From Chloroflexota bacterium (GTDB taxonomy: Bacteria; Chloroflexota; Dehalococcoidia; UBA2979), in assembly GCA_027593235.1 (NCBI GenBank), contig JAQCIU010000013.1:14447-78446 (forward strand): a stretch of DNA of 64,000 nt, in the 5' to 3' direction. Below the pieces are notes generated by a model. The model was not told where the DNA came from. It saw only the letters and a program-made list of their open reading frames with translations, and ran no database searches. This document shows positions 48,316 to 56,250 of the stretch, piece by piece. Made by a program: the position numbers and the translations under genes. Numbering within the stretch: the stretch's first letter is position 1; every line of letters begins with the position of its first letter.

Positions 48316-48451
48316 GGCGAACCTCGTGTATGGCGCTTGCGGGACGGCGGCTGAGCGAACGTGCACGGCTGCGCCACCACTGCCCCCGGCCGCTGTGATC
48401 GCCCAGAGGGCGACCGGCGTTGGCGGGCACGTGACGGGTGTCGCTGCTCAT
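48305..48451 (-). CDS. Candidate 48-aa Trp-Trp leader peptide overlapping the trpE start
   Basis: GAGGAG RBS (48461-48466); MSSDTRHVPANAGRPLGDHSGRGQWWRS..; TGG TGG at 48374-48379; stop inside trpE. Confidence 0.6.
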   Translation of the reverse strand: MSSDTRHVPANAGRPLGDHSGRGQWWRSRARSLSRRPASAIHEVRHAR

Positions 48452-48536
48452 CGTTCGATTCTCCTCATCCCAGCGGCCATACGGCCGAGGGCTCCTCGTC
48501 TCGCCTCGGGCGGTTGACCGAGATCGTTTCGCACAC

Positions 48537-48565
48537 AAAAAAACCACCGCCCGTGGGGCGATGGT
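48537..48565 (-). terminator. T-box terminator hairpin
   Basis: ACCATCGCCC-cac-GGGCGGTGGT followed by a T tract. Confidence 0.88.
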
Positions 48566-48826
48566 CCTCGCGGTGCCACCCACATTTCGCCGGCACGGCG
48601 GAGCCGCGTCGACGCATCTTCGGAGCACGGCCACCGTTCGAGACGGGGCGATGCCCTGGGCCTGGATAACGGCGCCCACACCGTCGACGCCTACTTGCGC
48701 TCCAGAGGAGCGCGTTTGGGCCGAGACTCACGGGTCCATTCGGTCGTTGCTGGCGGGCGCCGGTTCTCAGCTTGTCCGGTTCTCTGTAGCCCCGCGTGAC
48801 GACGTACTACTCCCGATCAACGTCGG
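48537..48826 (-). ncRNA. T-box riboswitch, Trp specifier
   Basis: AGTA, AGAGA and GCTGAGA stem I motifs; GAA-TGG-A specifier (48736-48738); GGTGGCACCGCG T-box (bulge 48572-48578); terminator downstream. Confidence 0.93.
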
Positions 48827-48850
48827 TATTGAAACCTCAGTAATCGGTCG

Positions 48851-48879
48851 AGGCTACGCCACAGCTCGAAAGCATGCAA
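48851..48879 (-). promoter_or_regulatory. trp operon promoter
   Basis: TTGCAT-17 nt-TAGCCT just upstream of T-box stem I. Confidence 0.6.
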
Positions 48880-48896
48880 CGAGATTAGCGGCCCGC

Positions 48897-49292
48897 CTAC
48901 GCCTCGTCCGGGCCTCGCGAGCCAAGCTGCTGGGCCGAGTCACACAACTCCACGTATGAATCGAAGAACTGCTCCTGAAAGCGGACGGCCGCGGCGATCT
49001 TCTGGGCGTCCCAGGTCTCCGCGCCGACGACGGCGACGAGCTTGTCTTCGACGTCATCGCGACGGCGCACGATGCCGACGACCTCGGCGCGCTCGCAGAC
49101 CTCGAGGGGTTCGCTGGTACCGAGGAGGTAGACGTCGAGTTCTTCCCCGTCGGGGGCGAGCACGCCGGGGACGAAGCCGTAGTTCACCTCGTAGGCGTAG
49201 CCGTGCTCGGGGTGAGTGGATCCGAGCGGGCGATCGATCACGACGCGCGTGGTGCGCCCGGTCCAGTCCTGGGGGTGGAGTGAGTCGTCCAT
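48897..49292 (-). CDS. Short family I inorganic pyrophosphatase-like protein
   Basis: IDRPLGSTHP, NYGFVPG, DGEELDVY, EDKLV. Confidence 0.8.
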   Translation of the reverse strand: MDDSLHPQDWTGRTTRVVIDRPLGSTHPEHGYAYEVNYGFVPGVLAPDGEELDVYLLGTSEPLEVCERAEVVGIVRRRDDVEDKLVAVVGAETWDAQKIAAAVRFQEQFFDSYVELCDSAQQLGSRGPDEA

Positions 49293-49294
49293 CG

Positions 49295-49939
49295 CTACGC
49301 TCCTCGCCGCGCGATTACGGTAGCCCAGCCGCGCGATCCCGCGTTGAGGTGCGATTGCTCCTCCTCGTGGATCTCGATGACGAGGTCGTCGATCGCGAAA
49401 CCAGCGGCTTCGACGCGGGCCCGCCAGTCCTCGGGCGCGAGGTAGCCGTAGAAGAGCTCCGCGCCGGGGGCCGACTTCCGCGGGACGAAGCCCTCGCTGT
49501 CGCCAACTTGCACGGAGCCGACGAAGGCGGCGCCGGGGCGGAGCACGCGAGCGAGCTCGGCGAGCGCGACATCGAGGTCCGTGCGTGACATGTGCAGCAG
49601 CGACGCGGAGGCCCAGGCGCCCTCGAATGAGGCGTCAGCGAAGGGGAGGCGGCGCATGTCGCCGCGCACGCAGGGGATCGCGGGCTGCTGGTGGCGAACA
49701 TGCTCGAGGAACGCACGCGAGAGGTCGAAGCCGACCGGCTGGTACCCGCGGTCGTGGAGCGTCCGCGTCTCCCAGCCCCGCCCACATCTGAGGTCCAGGA
49801 CCCGCGCGCCGGTGGCGGTTCGCTCACAGAGCGCGTCGAGGTAGCCCATGATCGGAGCGCGGTCCTCGTTGTACGACGTGTAGTCGATGACGCCGGTTTC
49901 GTACTCGCGCGCGTTCCGAACCACGTACTCGTCCGCCAC
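49295..49939 (-). CDS. Class I SAM-dependent methyltransferase
   Basis: RVLDLRCGRG, GFDLS, GDMRRLPF, WASASLLH, RVLRPG. Confidence 0.82.
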   Translation of the reverse strand: MADEYVVRNAREYETGVIDYTSYNEDRAPIMGYLDALCERTATGARVLDLRCGRGWETRTLHDRGYQPVGFDLSRAFLEHVRHQQPAIPCVRGDMRRLPFADASFEGAWASASLLHMSRTDLDVALAELARVLRPGAAFVGSVQVGDSEGFVPRKSAPGAELFYGYLAPEDWRARVEAAGFAIDDLVIEIHEEEQSHLNAGSRGWATVIARRGA

Positions 49940-49986
49940 GACCGGCCTCCGCTCGGCCGAATGCTAGCGAGGAATGGGTGAGGTTA

Positions 49987-50613
49987 CTAGACCTCGATCG
50001 GGGCGCGATCCGCGCGGGCGGCTTCGGCACGGATCGCGGCGGCGACGGCGCGTACGGTGCCATCGAGGTCGCCCTCGACGTTCTCGATCACGTGGGTGAA
50101 GTACGCGGCTTCGCGCAGTTCGGCCTCGACCTGCTCGAGGCGGCGGCGGAGGGCGGCGGCGTCCTCGGATCCGCGCTCGCGCAGGTGGGCCTCGAGGTGG
50201 GCGAGGTCGTTGGGGACGAGGAAGATCGAGACGGCGCCCGGGAGTGTGTCGCGGAGGGAAGCGGCGCCCTGGACGTCGACGCGGATCAGTACGTGGTTAC
50301 CGGTGGCCATGGCGGCGCGCACCTGGGCGCGCGGGACGCCGTAGCGGTTGCCGTAGACCTTGGCGTGCTCAAGTAGCTCGCCCGCCTCGACCTGGCGCTC
50401 GAACTCCGCGAGGTCAACGAAGACGTAGTGGACGCCATCGATCTCCTCGGAGCGGCGCGGGCGGGTAGTCATGGTGACCGGCATCCGGATTGGGTGGCCA
50501 AGTTCGATCATCCGCTGGATGACGGCATCCTTGCCGACGCCCGACGGGCCGGAGAGGACGATGACGAGCGGGGGATCGGGGCGATCGAGCAGCGGCCCGG
50601 GAGCGTCGCTCAC
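49987..50613 (-). CDS. gmk: Guanylate kinase
   Basis: SGPSGVGKD, TTRPRR.EEIDGVHY, VYGNRYG, DVQGA. Confidence 0.95.
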   Translation of the reverse strand: MSDAPGPLLDRPDPPLVIVLSGPSGVGKDAVIQRMIELGHPIRMPVTMTTRPRRSEEIDGVHYVFVDLAEFERQVEAGELLEHAKVYGNRYGVPRAQVRAAMATGNHVLIRVDVQGAASLRDTLPGAVSIFLVPNDLAHLEAHLRERGSEDAAALRRRLEQVEAELREAAYFTHVIENVEGDLDGTVRAVAAAIRAEAARADRAPIEV

Positions 50614-50886
50614 CTAGGCCGCGGCGTCCGAGGCCTGGCGGATGGAGGCGACGCGGCTGGCAAAGGTCTCCGGGGTGATGGCGATGAGCGCGACCCAGTC
50701 ATCCTCGAGGACGACGACGGCTTTGGTGCGGCGACCGCTGGTGAGATCGATGACGCGTTCCTGCTGCTTGCCGCGCTGGACCATCCGCTTCACGGGCGCG
50801 GAGGTTGGGGCGGCGACAGCGATGACGCGGTTGAGCGCCAGGCTGTTGTCGAAGCCCACGTGAACGAGTTCGGTGCGATCGGCCAT
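50614..50886 (-). CDS. remA: RemA/DUF370 family regulator
   Basis: LVHVGFDN, SAPVKRM, IDLTSGRRTKAV; immediately upstream of gmk. Confidence 0.88.
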   Translation of the reverse strand: MADRTELVHVGFDNSLALNRVIAVAAPTSAPVKRMVQRGKQQERVIDLTSGRRTKAVVVLEDDWVALIAITPETFASRVASIRQASDAAA

Positions 50887-50936
50887 CGCGGATCCCTCGT
50901 GGTGCGGAGGTCAGCGGGTGACGGCGGTTGGAACTG

Positions 50937-52247
50937 CTACTGAGCGCTGATACGCCCGAGATCCGACCAGAAGGCAGGATACGACACGGCCACGGCGTCC
51001 GCCCCGGTGACGGTGGTATCGCCGTCCGCGAGCAGGCCGGCGACCGCGCCGAGCATGGCGACGCGATGGTCGAGCGCGGAGTCGACGCTGGCGCCTCGGA
51101 TGGTGGCGCCGCCGCTGACGCGGAGGCCGTCGGGGCGCTCCTCGAGATCGACGCCGAAGGCGCGGAGGACGGCGCCGGTGGTGGCGACGCGATCCGATTC
51201 CTTGACGCGGAGCTCCTCGGCGTCACGGATCACCGTCTCGCCGGTGGCGAGCGCGCCGGCGAGCGCAACGAGCGGGAGTTCGTCGATCGCGCGCGGGATC
51301 AGGTCGCCCGCGACCTCGATGCCGTGGAGCGCCGCGGAGCGGACGACGAGGTCGGCGACGGGTTCGCCGCCGACGGTGCGCTCCTCGGTGAGTTCGATAT
51401 CGGCGCCCATGGCGCGAAGGATGTCGATGATGCCGCTGCGGGTCTCGTTGACGCCGACGCCGTGGAGGACGAGTTCGGCGTCGGGGTGCACGGTGGCGGC
51501 GACGATCCAGGCTGCCGCGGTCGAGATGTCGCCGGGGACGCGCACGTCGACGGCGATGAGGTCACCGTCGGGCGGCGTGAGGATGACGGACGGACCATCC
51601 ACAACGATGTGCGCGCCCATCGCGGCGAGCAGGCGCTCCGTGTGATCGCGGGTCTGCGCGGGCTGGACGACGGTGGTCGGCCCATCCGCGGCGAGGCCGG
51701 CGAGGAGGATCGCGGACTTCACCTGCGCCGAGGCCATCGGCGTCTCCAGGCGCTGGCCGCCGGCGATGCGACCGCCCTCGATCACGACGGGGGGCAGCGT
51801 GCCTTCGGCGCGGGCGGTGACGCGAGCGCCGAGTTCGTTGAGCGGGCGGACGATGCGCGCCATCGTGCGGTTGCGCAGCGAGGCGTCGCCAGTGAGCACC
51901 GCAAGGCCGGGCAGACCGGCGACGATGCCGGCGAGCAGACGCATCGAGGTCCCCGAGTTGCCGCAGTCGAGGACATCGCTGGCCTCGGTCAATCCGGCGC
52001 GCCCGCGGCCCTCGATGTAGATGGCGCCGTCCGCGCCCTCCTCGATGCTGGCGCCGAGAGCGCGGAGGCAGGCCATGGTGGAGCGGGTATCGGCGGCGTT
52101 CAGGAAGCCATCGACGCGTGCGCGCCCGCGTGCGAGCGCGTTGAACATGAGCGCACGGTGGGAGATCGATTTGTCGCCGGGGACATGCAGTTCGCCGCGG
52201 AGGCGGTTCGCGCCGTGGATCGTGCGCGCGGTCGGTTCGGTAGTCAT
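50937..52247 (-). CDS. aroA: EPSP synthase
   Basis: VPGDKSISHR, GNSGTSMR, SAQVKSA, RDHTE, RVKESDR, DHRVAM. Confidence 0.97.
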   Translation of the reverse strand: MTTEPTARTIHGANRLRGELHVPGDKSISHRALMFNALARGRARVDGFLNAADTRSTMACLRALGASIEEGADGAIYIEGRGRAGLTEASDVLDCGNSGTSMRLLAGIVAGLPGLAVLTGDASLRNRTMARIVRPLNELGARVTARAEGTLPPVVIEGGRIAGGQRLETPMASAQVKSAILLAGLAADGPTTVVQPAQTRDHTERLLAAMGAHIVVDGPSVILTPPDGDLIAVDVRVPGDISTAAAWIVAATVHPDAELVLHGVGVNETRSGIIDILRAMGADIELTEERTVGGEPVADLVVRSAALHGIEVAGDLIPRAIDELPLVALAGALATGETVIRDAEELRVKESDRVATTGAVLRAFGVDLEERPDGLRVSGGATIRGASVDSALDHRVAMLGAVAGLLADGDTTVTGADAVAVSYPAFWSDLGRISAQ

Positions 52248-52286
52248 CGAAGGTCTCTTCAGCTGTTCGGCGACGGCCGTCCGCCG

Positions 52287-52441
52287 CTTAGTCGATGTCG
52301 CGCTTCATGCGACCGTAACTCAGTCGATGTCGCGCTTCGTGCGACCGTAACTCAGTCGATGTCGCGCTTCATGCGACCGTAACTCAGTCGATGTCGCGCT
52401 TCATGCGACCGTAACTCAGTCGATGTCGCGCTTCATGCGAC
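52287..52441. repeat. 32-bp tandem repeat (about 4.8 copies) of the tyrA 3' end
   Basis: Unit CTCAGTCGATGTCGCGCTTCATGCGACCGTAA; AGTCGATG at 52290, 52322, 52354, 52386, 52418. Confidence 0.95.
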
Positions 52442-53447
52442 GGGCCAACTCCGCCTTGCGGATCCGGTTTTCGGAGTCCGAGGTCATGTCGCTGATCTTG
52501 TCCTTCGCCATCTGTCCGATCAGCAGTGCGCTGAAATCGAACTGGTCGGCCTCGGAGGCGACCGTCGAATCTTCCTTGCGGCCGACGGCACCGAGCAGGA
52601 AGGCGCTGTAGTCGAGTTCGGACTTGGCGATGTCGGTGAAGAGGCTCTCGCGGTCGTCGTCGCCGAGGCGGTCGCGCATGTCGCGGAGTTCGTCGATGAA
52701 GCGATCGAGCCAGTGAATCGTCTGCTCGCGATTGGTCGCGAGGATGTCGTAGGCCATCGAAGGATCGGTGGCGGCCAGCCGCGTGGAGCTTTTGAAGCCG
52801 CCGGCGGCAAGGAGCGAGAGCTCGGGCCAGGCCTCGGAGCGACGGACCAGGCCGAACATCGCGTGCGCGGCGACCATGGGGAGGTGGGAGATGGCGGCGA
52901 CGTAGGCGTCGTGCTCCTGGGGATCCATGATCATCGGGATCGCGCCAACGGCCTCGGCGAGGCTGAAGACGGATTTGACGGCGTTTTCAGGTGCGGAGGC
53001 GGGAGCGGTGACGATCCAGCGGGCGCCCTTGAAGAGCGTGGGATCGGCGTGGCCAGGACCAACCTCGGTCTTGCCGGCCATCGGGTGTCCGCCGACGAAG
53101 CTGACCCCGCGAGGCAGGTGCTCGGCGGCGGCGGCCATGGTGGCGCCCTTGGTGGAGCCGGTGTCGGTGACGACGGCGCCCTCCGGAAGGTGCGGCGCGA
53201 TGTACTCAAGCATGCGGTGGTTGGCGAGCACCGGGGCGGCGAGGACGATCAGGTGCGCGTCGCGGACGGCGTTGGCGATATTCGGCTCGATGCGATCAAC
53301 CGCGCCGATCTTCTTCGCTTGACGAAGATTGATCAGCTCTCGGTCGTAGCCAACGAGCTCGAGGTTCTTGACCTCTGAATTCGCCTTGAGCGCGAGGCCG
53401 ATCGAGGTGCCGATCAGCCCGGTTCCGAGGATCGCGACTTGTGTCAT
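52416..53447 (-). CDS. tyrA: Prephenate/arogenate dehydrogenase
   Basis: GTGLIGTS, DTGSTK, GGHPMAG, HDAYVAAISHLP, STRLA. Confidence 0.93.
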   Translation of the reverse strand: MTQVAILGTGLIGTSIGLALKANSEVKNLELVGYDRELINLRQAKKIGAVDRIEPNIANAVRDAHLIVLAAPVLANHRMLEYIAPHLPEGAVVTDTGSTKGATMAAAAEHLPRGVSFVGGHPMAGKTEVGPGHADPTLFKGARWIVTAPASAPENAVKSVFSLAEAVGAIPMIMDPQEHDAYVAAISHLPMVAAHAMFGLVRRSEAWPELSLLAAGGFKSSTRLAATDPSMAYDILATNREQTIHWLDRFIDELRDMRDRLGDDDRESLFTDIAKSELDYSAFLLGAVGRKEDSTVASEADQFDFSALLIGQMAKDKISDMTSDSENRIRKAELARRMKRDID

Positions 53448-53566
53448 GAGAACGCCCCGTTCACCCCGTTAGATCACGCGAGATTGGCTCGAGCGCGTAC
53501 CGACGATGGTAGCACCGAGCGCTGAGGCAGATGGGAGGACCGGGGTGGCAGCGACCGGGGCTGGGC

Positions 53567-54142
53567 TCAGGCAGCCTCGTCCGCGACGAGCAGCCAGTGC
53601 AGTTCGCGATCGTCGGAGGCAGGCGGGTCGTGGTGGATCGCGGTCAGCTCGATGACGCGCGGGTGGCTGCCGGCGGCGTGGAGTAACGCGGCACCGAGCG
53701 CAGCGTGGTGGCGGAGGCGCCAGAGCGCCTGGCGCCAGTGGGCGGATGACACCGCGAGGGCGCCCGGTTCGCGCGCGAGTCGATCGACGAGGCGCAGCGA
53801 GACGGCACGGAGAATGACGTAAAGGACGCGGTCCTCGACGCGGAGGGTGCCCTTGCCGACGTCGTGCATGAGCGCGGCGACGAGCAGGTCATCGCTCGGG
53901 ACCGCGCCAGCCTCGGAGGCGGCGCGGCGGGCGAGGCGCATGGTCTCCACCGCGTGGCGGCGATCACGCGGGCGCATCGCGAGGAAGAGCTGGAGTTCGG
54001 CCGCGGAGAGGAGGGCGCCGATGGCGCGTGCGTCCTCGGGGGTGACGGCGGTGCGAAGCGCGCGGCCAAGCTGGGCGATGCGGTAGGGCCAGCGGCGGAG
54101 CGCGCGCAGGGATCCGGCGGTGACCCGAGCCGCCTCAGCCAA
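53567..54142 (-). CDS. HD-domain protein
   Basis: RRHAV, ALMHDVGK, HHAALG, IHHD, VADE. Confidence 0.82.
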   Translation of the reverse strand: MAEAARVTAGSLRALRRWPYRIAQLGRALRTAVTPEDARAIGALLSAAELQLFLAMRPRDRRHAVETMRLARRAASEAGAVPSDDLLVAALMHDVGKGTLRVEDRVLYVILRAVSLRLVDRLAREPGALAVSSAHWRQALWRLRHHAALGAALLHAAGSHPRVIELTAIHHDPPASDDRELHWLLVADEAA

Positions 54143-54875
54143 ATCGGAGATCCGTCGCGTTCCCGACGAACGCCTTGAGCAGCAGATCGATCGCCGGGCT
54201 CATGACGGTGAAGAGCGGACTGTCGTAGCCGAGGAAGCGGGGCAGGAAAATCAGCGCGAGCAGGATCGGCATGCCCCAAGGAGCGGTGGCGGCGAGCGGC
54301 CTCGAGAGATCGTCGGGCAGCAGGCCGACGGCGGCGTTGAAGCCATCGAGGGGTGCGATCGGGAGGAGGTTGAAGACGGCAAGAATGACGTTCAGCAGGA
54401 CGACGGTCCCGAGGAAGAGCCCCAGCAGATCCGCCGGCGAGCTGGTCCAGAGTTCCGCGTAGCGGCCGGCCAGCGACGGGCTGACGAAGGGGTGGTGGAA
54501 CGGGATCCAACCGGCGTTGATCGGGAACCCGGCGACCCCTGCGATCACGACGTTGGAGGCGGGACCGGCGAAGGAGGTCAAGGTCATGGTCTGTTTCGGG
54601 TTGGCGGTGGCGGACGGATTGACCGGAACCGGCTTCGCCCAACCGAACCCGACGAAGAAGATCATCGTCGAGCCGATCGGATCGAGATGGGCCTTCGGGT
54701 TAAGCGAGAGGCGACCAAAGCGGCGCGGGGTGCCATCGCCCAGACGGTCCGCAACGAGGGCGTGCGAATACTCGTGCACGGTGAGGCCGGCAAACAACGC
54801 GAATGCGAACGCGCTGATCAGGGTGAGGAACGCCAGGGGGGAGTCACCGAGGACGGAGAGGTACTGGAGGATCAC
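54135..54875 (-). CDS. Site-2 protease (M50 family)
   Basis: HEYSH, GWAKPVPVNP, AGPASN, FNLLPIAPLDG. Confidence 0.92.
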   Translation of the reverse strand: MILQYLSVLGDSPLAFLTLISAFAFALFAGLTVHEYSHALVADRLGDGTPRRFGRLSLNPKAHLDPIGSTMIFFVGFGWAKPVPVNPSATANPKQTMTLTSFAGPASNVVIAGVAGFPINAGWIPFHHPFVSPSLAGRYAELWTSSPADLLGLFLGTVVLLNVILAVFNLLPIAPLDGFNAAVGLLPDDLSRPLAATAPWGMPILLALIFLPRFLGYDSPLFTVMSPAIDLLLKAFVGNATDLRFG

Positions 54876-54952
54876 TGGTTCAGCGTAGCAACCACCCTCT
54901 GCAGAGAGGTCAAGGAAGGGTCATGGAAGCCCCTACATCCCGGATCACTTCG

Positions 54953-54982
54953 TTGACACTCCACGGTGTGCGTTCCTATCGT
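54953..54982 (+). promoter_or_regulatory. Sigma70-type promoter
   Basis: TTGACA-18 nt-TATCGT. Confidence 0.65.
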
Positions 54983-54988
54983 GAATTG

Positions 54989-55086
54989 CGCAGGGGCGCG
55001 ATCACTTCGCGTTTGAGCGGTCCGACAGCGAAAGGCTGAGAGGCGACTCCCCAGCGTTACCGTCCCGGGCGGGGTGAGCGGTAACG
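54989..55086 (+). ncRNA. Candidate structured cis-regulatory 5' UTR, family not recognised
   Basis: GGGG/CCCC closing stem around CGCGA/TCGCG and CAGC-GAAAG-GCTG hairpins, then CGTTACCG/CGGTAACG stem. Confidence 0.45.
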
Positions 55087-55113
55087 AGATCTGACGATCG
55101 GTCGCCGGATCCT

Positions 55114-56250
55114 ATGGCCCTTCAACCTCGCCCACCTCGGGTCATTCGTCTCGTGCTCGGCTCCGCCGGGCTCGTCGCCGTGCTTGCGGTAGCGGCAGTG
55201 GTTGCCGCGTTGGTGCGCACTGGTGATGTTCAGCCGGAGCTGGTGACCACCTCCGAACCAACGCTGGTCTTCGCGGAGTTCGGTCCCTCGGCGGACGAGA
55301 TCTTCGTTGCCCCAGCAAGCGATCCGACCGCACGCACACGGATCCAATCGGTGCCACACGCGAGCGGCTGGGGGCTGAACCCCGCGCCGGAGATGGTTGC
55401 CGGGAAAACGGCCTACACGGTGCTGCCGCCGAACGCGGCGCCGGAACGAACGAGCGCGGCGGAACTGTGGTTGCTGGACGTCAATACCGCATCCGCGAGC
55501 CGGCTGGCGCGCGACGCGGATCTGCTGGCCGCACCGGTGCTGCGCCAGGACGGCGACGTGCTGGTGTACCGACGAACCGAAGAGGACGGCGCGCAATCGC
55601 TGGTGCGGGTCGATCTGACGACACGCGCGCGACGGGTGCTCCACCGCGAAGCGCAGTCGTTCGGCTTGTTCCCGGTCGGGTTCGACCAGAGCGGCGCGGT
55701 GCTCTTCACCCGACTGTCGGCGGCCGGGACGGATCTGGTTCGCGTATCCGAGGGATCCGCGGCGACGGTGGTGTTGCACGCCTCGGACGAGATTGCGCGC
55801 GACTGGAGCATGTCGCCGGCCGGCGACGCGGTCGCGTTCGTCGCGCCGCTGTTGCAGGCGGAACGAATCGTGCACCAGGCGCAGGTGCTGACGCTCGGCG
55901 GTCGCAGCGGAAACAGCCAGGCGCTGGTCACCTCGGTGGTGGGCGAGCAGTACAGCCCGACGTGGCGCAGCGACGGCGCGTTGGCGATTGGGCGCGAGGC
56001 GACGGCGGACGGCGCGGCGCCGCTGGTCATCGGCGCCGCGGTGAGCACGACGCTGGCGGCGGACCCGGCAGGCTTTGATGTGCCGCTGGGCTGGAGCGCG
56101 GCCGGCGACTACCTAGCGGTCCGTCACTTCAGCGGATTCAACTCGCAACAGCCCGGCGTCGAGACGCTGGTGTTGATCGGCCTCGATGCGTCGCGAGCCG
56201 AGATCGCGACCGAGACAGAGCTGATCTTCCTCGGTTGGACCGGTGCCTAG
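55114..56250 (+). CDS. Exported TolB/WD40-like beta-propeller protein
   Basis: N-terminal TM helix; SPAGDAVAF, SPTWRSDG and WSAAGDYLAV blade motifs. Confidence 0.72.
   Translation: MALQPRPPRVIRLVLGSAGLVAVLAVAAVVAALVRTGDVQPELVTTSEPTLVFAEFGPSADEIFVAPASDPTARTRIQSVPHASGWGLNPAPEMVAGKTAYTVLPPNAAPERTSAAELWLLDVNTASASRLARDADLLAAPVLRQDGDVLVYRRTEEDGAQSLVRVDLTTRARRVLHREAQSFGLFPVGFDQSGAVLFTRLSAAGTDLVRVSEGSAATVVLHASDEIARDWSMSPAGDAVAFVAPLLQAERIVHQAQVLTLGGRSGNSQALVTSVVGEQYSPTWRSDGALAIGREATADGAAPLVIGAAVSTTLAADPAGFDVPLGWSAAGDYLAVRHFSGFNSQQPGVETLVLIGLDASRAEIATETELIFLGWTGA

Noticed and set aside
52287-52441. CRISPR array (also considered for 57573-57696)
   Set aside because: Units are head-to-tail with no unique spacers, derive from gene ends, and no cas genes are present
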